Shown in pieces: positions 27,054 through 32,000 of a DNA stretch of 32,000 nt (positions are counted from its first letter, which is position 1; every line of letters starts with the position of its first letter). Source of the stretch: Methylophilales phage Melnitz-2 EXVC040M; sequence record MZ577096.1; one strand, given 5' to 3'. The position numbers were made by a program, and so were the translations under genes. The notes under the pieces are model-generated. The model did not search any database. It was given only the letters and a program-made list of their open reading frames with translations, and was not told the DNA's origin.

Positions 27054-28877
27054 ATGGCCCTTGAGAACGTAGTAACATTCCCAAGTGCCGAGGGTACAAC
27101 TGGTCTTGACCACCTCGGCATCCAAATAGACAGAACAAGAGACAAAGATTTATCAGAACAAGCATACAAACTACTCAAGGATTATTATTGTAAAGATGGA
27201 GAACAATCACCCCAAGAAGCATACGCAAGAGCAGCAGTTGCTTATTGTCAAGGTGACTTAGAACTTGCACAAAGAATTTATGATGCAGTATCTAAAGGTT
27301 GGTTCATGTTTGCATCGCCAGTATTATCAAACGCACCCAAGCCAGGCAAGAAAGCAAAGGCACTTCCTATTTCGTGCTTTCTAACTTATGTACCAGATTC
27401 ACTTGAAGGACTAATCGACCATACTGCTGAGTTGCGTTGGTTATCAGTCAAAGGTGGTGGTGTTGGTGGACACTGGAATGATGTTCGTGCAATCTCTGAT
27501 AAAGCACCAGGCCCTATGCCTTTTCTTCATACAGTTGATGCAGATATGACTGCGTACCGTCAAGGTAGAACTCGTAAAGGTTCTTATGCGGCATACATGG
27601 ATGTATCACACCCAGATTTAATTGAATTCTTAAACATGCGTGTACCAACAGGTGACGTAAACAGAAAGAACCTTAATCTACATCATGCAATCAATATCAC
27701 AGATGATTTTATGAGAGCAGTAGAACGAGGTGAGATGTGGGATTTAAAAGACCCTAATGATGCAACTGTTAGAGAAACACTGCCTGCAAGAACTTTGTGG
27801 CAACAAATTCTAGAAGTAAGATATCGTACAGGTGAACCTTATCTTAATTTTATTGACACTGCGAATAGAGCATTACCACATACTATGAAAGCAAAAGGAT
27901 TAAAGATACACGGTTCAAATCTATGTAACGAAATCCATCTTCCAACCTCAGAAGATAGAACTGCTGTTTGTTGTTTATCTTCATTAAACTTGGAGAAATA
28001 TGATGAATGGAAAGAAACTTCTTTGGTTCGTGATCTTATACGTTTCTTGGACAATGTATTACAATTCTTCATTGATAACGCAGGCGATGAAATATCAAGA
28101 GCAAGATATTCCGCTACACAGGAACGTAGTTTGGGATTAGGTGCAATGGGGTGGCATTCACTGTTACACCAAAAAAGAATTGCATTTGATTCACACGAAG
28201 CAAGAGAACTTAATTGGGATGTTTTCAGAACAATTAAAGAACAAGCAAAAGAAGAAACATTACAACTAGGACTTGAACGTGGTGAAGCACCAGATATGCA
28301 AGGTACAGGTAGACGTAATGCACATCTACTTGCAATTGCACCAAACGCTAATAGTTCTATTATTGTTTCTACTTCACCATCTATTGAACCATCAAAAGCA
28401 AATGCATATACACATCGTACTCGTGCTGGTTCACATTTAGTGAAGAATAAATATCTGGAACAAGAACTAAAGAAAGTAAAGAAAAATACTCAAGATGTTT
28501 GGTCAGATATTATCACTAATGGCGGTTCAGTTCAACACCTCGACTTCCTATCAGAGAAAGTTAAAGAGGTATTCAAAACTGCAATCGAACTTGACCAAAA
28601 TGTTCTGGTGGAACAAGCCGCAGACAGACAAGAGTTCTTGTGTCAAGGACAATCACTAAATCTATTTTTCCCTGCTGGTGCAGATAAGAAAGAACTACAT
28701 AAAGCACATTTCGCTGCATGGAAGTTGGGAACTAAAGGTCTATATTATCTAAGAACAGAAACATCACAACGTGCAGAAAACGTATCCCAAAAGGTTGCTC
28801 GTGATGCACTAAAAGATTTTGAATCTCAAGCCGTAGAGGCACAATCACAAGAGGAGTGTGTAGCATGTCAAGGGTAG
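27054..28877 (+). CDS. nrdA: Ribonucleoside-diphosphate reductase alpha subunit (NrdA), short form lacking an obvious ATP-cone
   Basis: 'FMFASPVLSNAP', 'LPISCFLTYVPDS', 'KGGGVGGHWNDVRA', 'NLCNEIHLPTS', 'CQGQSLNLFFP', C-terminal CxxC 'ECVACQG'. Confidence 0.95.
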   Translation: MALENVVTFPSAEGTTGLDHLGIQIDRTRDKDLSEQAYKLLKDYYCKDGEQSPQEAYARAAVAYCQGDLELAQRIYDAVSKGWFMFASPVLSNAPKPGKKAKALPISCFLTYVPDSLEGLIDHTAELRWLSVKGGGVGGHWNDVRAISDKAPGPMPFLHTVDADMTAYRQGRTRKGSYAAYMDVSHPDLIEFLNMRVPTGDVNRKNLNLHHAINITDDFMRAVERGEMWDLKDPNDATVRETLPARTLWQQILEVRYRTGEPYLNFIDTANRALPHTMKAKGLKIHGSNLCNEIHLPTSEDRTAVCCLSSLNLEKYDEWKETSLVRDLIRFLDNVLQFFIDNAGDEISRARYSATQERSLGLGAMGWHSLLHQKRIAFDSHEARELNWDVFRTIKEQAKEETLQLGLERGEAPDMQGTGRRNAHLLAIAPNANSSIIVSTSPSIEPSKANAYTHRTRAGSHLVKNKYLEQELKKVKKNTQDVWSDIITNGGSVQHLDFLSEKVKEVFKTAIELDQNVLVEQAADRQEFLCQGQSLNLFFPAGADKKELHKAHFAAWKLGTKGLYYLRTETSQRAENVSQKVARDALKDFESQAVEAQSQEECVACQG

Positions 28878-29080
28878 ATGAATATATAAAAGTTCGTGTC
28901 GGACAATTAAAAGAGGACATGGAGAAAGCATCAGATGAAATGGACAAAGCATGGTACAATCGTCTGATTCAAGAATTGGATTGGGTTGAACAAATGAATA
29001 CAAAACCCACACACAATTGTTATATGGAGAAACCATATAATGTTACGATAACAAGTTATAATGGTAGGAGCATAAGTTAA
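28856..29080 (+). CDS. Small hypothetical protein between nrdA and nrdB (74 aa; alternative start at 28868)
   Basis: ORF 'VDEYIKVRVGQLKEDMEKASDEMDKAWYNRLIQELDWVEQM'. Confidence 0.55.
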   Translation: MCSMSRVDEYIKVRVGQLKEDMEKASDEMDKAWYNRLIQELDWVEQMNTKPTHNCYMEKPYNVTITSYNGRSIS

Positions 29081-30288
29081 TGAATGTAGAAATTTATAGT
29101 AAGTCAAATTGTCCGTTTTGTGACAAAGCAAAACACTGGTTTAAATCTCATGGGTATGAGTATACAGAACATCGTATGGATAACGAAGAAGAAAGACTTG
29201 CCTTCTATCAAAGAGTTCCTAATGCTCGTTCAGTACCACAAATCTTTATTGATGATAAACTGATTGGTACTTACGATGACTTTATGAAAGTTTCAGAGAC
29301 ATTCGTAAAGAAAAAAGGTGGTGGACTTATGGAGTTTTCTGAAACCTATAAACCATTCCATTATCCATGGGCAGTAGAAATTACAACAAGACATGAGAAG
29401 GTTCACTGGATTGAAGATGAACTTGATTTGTCTGAAGATGTTGCTGATTGGAAATCTGGTAAGACTTCTGTTATTGAAAGAGAATACATTACAAACATCC
29501 TAAGACTATTCACACAGTCAGATGTAGCAGTAGGACAGAATTACTTTGACCAATTTATACCTAAATTTAAGAATAATGAAGTACGCAATATGCTTGGTTC
29601 ATTTGCATCTCGTGAAGGTATCCACCAACGTGCATATGCACTTCTTAATGAGACACTTGGGTTATCTGATGCCGAGTATCATGCCTTCCTAGAATATCAA
29701 GAGATGGCAGACAAGATTGAGTTTATGATGGATAGTGACCCTAACACAGTTCGTGGATTGGGACTATCACTTGCAAAATCTGTTATGAATGAAGGTGTGG
29801 CACTATTTGCATCATTCGTGATGTTGTTGAACTTCCAGCGTTTCGGTAAGATGAAAGGTATGGGTAAAGTTGTTGAGTGGAGTATTCGTGACGAATCAAT
29901 TCACGTTGAGGGTATTGCAAAACTATTCAAAGCATACTGTGGTGAACATCCTCGTATTGTAGACGATGAATTCAAATCTGCAATTTATGAGATGGCAAGA
30001 CAAGCAGTTAAACTTGAAGATAAGTTTGTTGACCTTGCATATAAGTTAGGAGAAATTGAAGGACTAGAACAGTCTGAAGTAAAGACATATATAAGGTATA
30101 TCACTGATAGAAGATTGCTTCAATTGGGGATGAAACCTAACTTCAAAGTGAAGGACAATCCCTTACCTTGGTTAGAGTGGGTACTTAACGGTGCAGACCA
30201 CACTAACTTCTTTGAGAACAGAGTAACTGAATATGAGGTTGCTGGACTTACAGGTAAGTGGGACGATGTTTACGAACAAGTAGCTTAA
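29080..30288 (+). CDS. nrdB: Glutaredoxin-NrdB fusion (ribonucleotide reductase beta subunit)
   Basis: N-terminal Grx 'EIYSKSNCPFCDKAKHW...VPNARSVPQIFIDDKLIGTYDDF'; NrdB core 'SREGIHQRAYALLNETLG', 'EGVALFASFVMLLNF', 'DESIHVEG'. Confidence 0.93.
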   Translation: MNVEIYSKSNCPFCDKAKHWFKSHGYEYTEHRMDNEEERLAFYQRVPNARSVPQIFIDDKLIGTYDDFMKVSETFVKKKGGGLMEFSETYKPFHYPWAVEITTRHEKVHWIEDELDLSEDVADWKSGKTSVIEREYITNILRLFTQSDVAVGQNYFDQFIPKFKNNEVRNMLGSFASREGIHQRAYALLNETLGLSDAEYHAFLEYQEMADKIEFMMDSDPNTVRGLGLSLAKSVMNEGVALFASFVMLLNFQRFGKMKGMGKVVEWSIRDESIHVEGIAKLFKAYCGEHPRIVDDEFKSAIYEMARQAVKLEDKFVDLAYKLGEIEGLEQSEVKTYIRYITDRRLLQLGMKPNFKVKDNPLPWLEWVLNGADHTNFFENRVTEYEVAGLTGKWDDVYEQVA

Positions 30289-30446
30289 TGATTAAAATAA
30301 TTACATGCGAAGGCTGTGATGCAGTCTTTAAAATACAACATGACATGGAAGAGAGATTCTATCCAGTTGCTCATTGTCCCTTTTGTGGGGATAGTCTAAA
30401 TATAGATAACGAAGATGATATCGAAGAGTTTGACGAAGATGAGTAG
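30288..30446 (+). CDS. Small zinc-ribbon-like protein (52 aa)
   Basis: ATG at 30288 (TAATG overlap with nrdB): MIKIITCEGCDAVFKIQHDMEERFYPVAHCPFCGDSLNIDNEDD; CxxC...CxxC. Confidence 0.7.
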   Translation: MIKIITCEGCDAVFKIQHDMEERFYPVAHCPFCGDSLNIDNEDDIEEFDEDE

Positions 30447-30448
30447 TT

Positions 30449-30889
30449 ATGTGGACATACAAAGGTAAAGAAGTTGACGAGCTCCCACAGGATTGTGAGG
30501 GGTTCGTTTATATTATAACAAACCTAACAAATAATAAAAAATATATTGGTAAGAAACTAGCACGTTTCAAAGTTACCAAGCCTCCCCTAAAAGGTCGGAA
30601 GAACAAAAGACGTTCAACGAAAGAGAGCGATTGGAAAACCTATTGGGGTTCTTCCGACCACCTTAATGCTGATGTTAAAGAATTTGGTGAAGATAATTTC
30701 ACACGAGAGATTCTACACTACTGTCAAAGTAGAGGCATGCTCAGTTACCTAGAAGCAAAAGAACAGTTCGACAGAGAAGTCTTAATGACTGATGAATACT
30801 ACAACGGAATAATAAACGTCAGAGTTGGTTCATCAAAAGTTCTCAAAGAAGAGCTATGCAAATTTGTTACGATGGGTATGCAAAAATAA
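30449..30889 (+). CDS. GIY-YIG nuclease-like protein
   Basis: 'EGFVYIITNLTNNKKYIGKKLARFKV...WKTYWGSSDHLNADVKEFGEDNFTREILHYCQSRGMLSYLEAKEQ...YYNGIINVRVG'. Confidence 0.85.
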   Translation: MWTYKGKEVDELPQDCEGFVYIITNLTNNKKYIGKKLARFKVTKPPLKGRKNKRRSTKESDWKTYWGSSDHLNADVKEFGEDNFTREILHYCQSRGMLSYLEAKEQFDREVLMTDEYYNGIINVRVGSSKVLKEELCKFVTMGMQK

Positions 30890-30924
30890 TTCCACTAAAA
30901 GTGTCATAGCAACTGCCATAGTTG

Positions 30925-30932
30925 TATAAATA
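30925..30932 (+). promoter_or_regulatory. T4 late-type promoter element (TATAAATA)
   Basis: Exact TATAAATA in a 148-nt non-coding gap. Confidence 0.5.
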
Positions 30933-31037
30933 AGTGCGAATAACCCCCCCATAGGAGTGTTTCATTATCTGCCTGAGATTGGTGAGCATTTTTTTGAGCG
31001 TGTTATTCATTAACCAAAACAAAGTAGGAGAATGAAA

Positions 31038-31196
31038 ATGGGTAAATGGTTTGCGAAATTATTTCCACACCAACCAAATCCAGTTGACATTGTACGCTTT
31101 ATTAGAACAGAATATGCGAATGAAGTCAAGCATCTCAGAGATGACGATGTTATTGCATTTTATAACCATGTTATGTCGAAAAAAAGGAGAGCGTAG
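31038..31196 (+). CDS. Small protein (52 aa), not in the supplied ORF track
   Basis: MGKWFAKLFPHQPNPVDIVRFIRTEYANEVKHLRDDDVIAFYNHVMSKKRRA*; upstream GTAGGAG. Confidence 0.6.
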   Translation: MGKWFAKLFPHQPNPVDIVRFIRTEYANEVKHLRDDDVIAFYNHVMSKKRRA

Positions 31197-31406
31197 ATGT
31201 CTATAGGATTAGTGTTAAAACACACTTATCAAGAAACTTGTGAAATCTGTGATAAGATTGCACATTATGTAAGCAAGGTATGGGACGGTATTGTTGCACA
31301 TGCTGAGATAGTTGGAACTGCAAGAGCAGCTGCTGAATTATCTCGTCAAGGATATCATAAGGAAGCAAAAGTCCTTATGTTAGAATTAGATAGGATGAAA
31401 AAATAA
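31197..31406 (+). CDS. Small protein (69 aa), similar in style to alphaproteobacterial small proteins
   Basis: 'IVGTARAAAELSRQGYHKEAKVLMLELDRMKK'; directly abuts upstream ORF. Confidence 0.55.
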   Translation: MSIGLVLKHTYQETCEICDKIAHYVSKVWDGIVAHAEIVGTARAAAELSRQGYHKEAKVLMLELDRMKK

Positions 31407-31624
31407 TGACCGTACTTACACAAACTTACTGTGCTTTCTGTGATATTGTTTCTGATTTGTATAAAAACTTCAGAAATGTTATCACACCAAAGATAGACAA
31501 AAAAATCTACAGAGAACTTGCCAGTCTTACTGACAGGGAATTAAATGATATGGGTATATGCCGTGGTGATATTACAAGTATTGCAATGGGTAAACATGTA
31601 CCAAGAGATGGGTGGACAAAATAA
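31406..31624 (+). CDS. DUF1127 (YjiS)-like small protein
   Basis: 'KKIYRELASLTDRELNDMGICRGDITSIA' matches the DUF1127 core. Confidence 0.7.
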   Translation: MTVLTQTYCAFCDIVSDLYKNFRNVITPKIDKKIYRELASLTDRELNDMGICRGDITSIAMGKHVPRDGWTK

Positions 31625-31650
31625 ACCAATAAACTATTAAATTATTTTTT

Positions 31651-31679
31651 AAGTCCCTGTTTTTACAGGGATTTTTTTT
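31651..31679 (+). terminator. Rho-independent terminator
   Basis: AAGTCCCTGT-TTTT-ACAGGGATTT hairpin followed by a T tract. Confidence 0.9.
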
Positions 31680-31701
31680 GGCCTTTTTTTAGCGAATTGC
31701 C

Positions 31702-31730
31702 TTGACTTTGTTGTTAAAACAAGTTATAGT
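31702..31730 (+). promoter_or_regulatory. sigma70-type promoter for the downstream operon
   Basis: TTGACT (31702-31707), 17 bp spacer, TATAGT (31725-31730), immediately after a terminator. Confidence 0.75.
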
Positions 31731-31763
31731 ATATGTATAGTCAATGAGAGAGGAACTTTAATT

Positions 31764-32000
31764 ATGACAAACAAAACAATTTTTATCAGTGCGAACAACG
31801 GTGGACTTGAGATTTACAAGGGTGCTGGAAACTTGATTGCTGGAAACATCAAGACTGCAAAGACTTTCAAATATGTGATGGATACCCATCATATTGATGT
31901 TGACAATGATACCATCTACTACACAAGTAGTATGGACTTTGCAGACGAAGAAGGGTTTGCCCATTATGGTGATGCAAAGATACTTGCAGAAGAAGGTTTC
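31764..32000 (+). CDS. N-terminal part of a CDS truncated by the window edge, unknown function
   Basis: ATG at 31764 after AGAGAGGAA: MTNKTIFISANNGGLEIYKGAGNLIAGNIKTAKTFKYVMDTHHIDVDNDTIYYTSSMDFADEEGFAHYGDAKILAEEGF... Confidence 0.6.
   Translation, partial: MTNKTIFISANNGGLEIYKGAGNLIAGNIKTAKTFKYVMDTHHIDVDNDTIYYTSSMDFADEEGFAHYGDAKILAEEGF

Noticed and set aside
1-32000. CRISPR arrays, tRNAs, transposons
   Set aside because: No regularly spaced direct repeats, no convincing cloverleaf sequences in the few gaps, and no transposase or integrase motifs were seen by eye; a tRNAscan/Infernal run would be needed to be definitive.

Overview
This window is a tightly packed, almost entirely plus-strand segment of a T4-like marine myovirus genome, of the cyanophage/pelagiphage type. 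Recognisable core genes: family B DNA polymerase (gp43), UvsX, gp41 helicase, gp61-type primase, NrdA, a glutaredoxin-NrdB fusion, MazG, two 2OG-Fe(II) dioxygenase-type proteins, a spanin-like pair, and a block of conserved virion-associated genes. The most interesting locus is 4010-8090: a C5-cytosine methyltransferase, a TET/JBP-like dioxygenase, an undescribed 427-aa protein with a GIY-YIG-like N-terminus, and a small P-loop kinase. It reads as a candidate cytosine hypermodification cassette (C to 5mC to 5hmC to a tailored base). The second notable pattern is that many ORFs, including enzyme-like ones, begin with a T4 internal-protein-like N-terminus (MKxFxxFIxE / MKKFSEIIE) followed by a gp21-like (L/I)xE site. 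This suggests a set of proteins packaged in the virion and injected: ATP-grasp ligase, possible PD-(D/E)XK nuclease, KxDG ligase-like protein, and HIGH nucleotidyltransferase. Repeated TTGAC-N17-TATAAT promoters, TATAAATA late-type promoters, one clear terminator and a DUF1127-like small protein were also found. All family calls come from reading motifs by eye; no database search was run.
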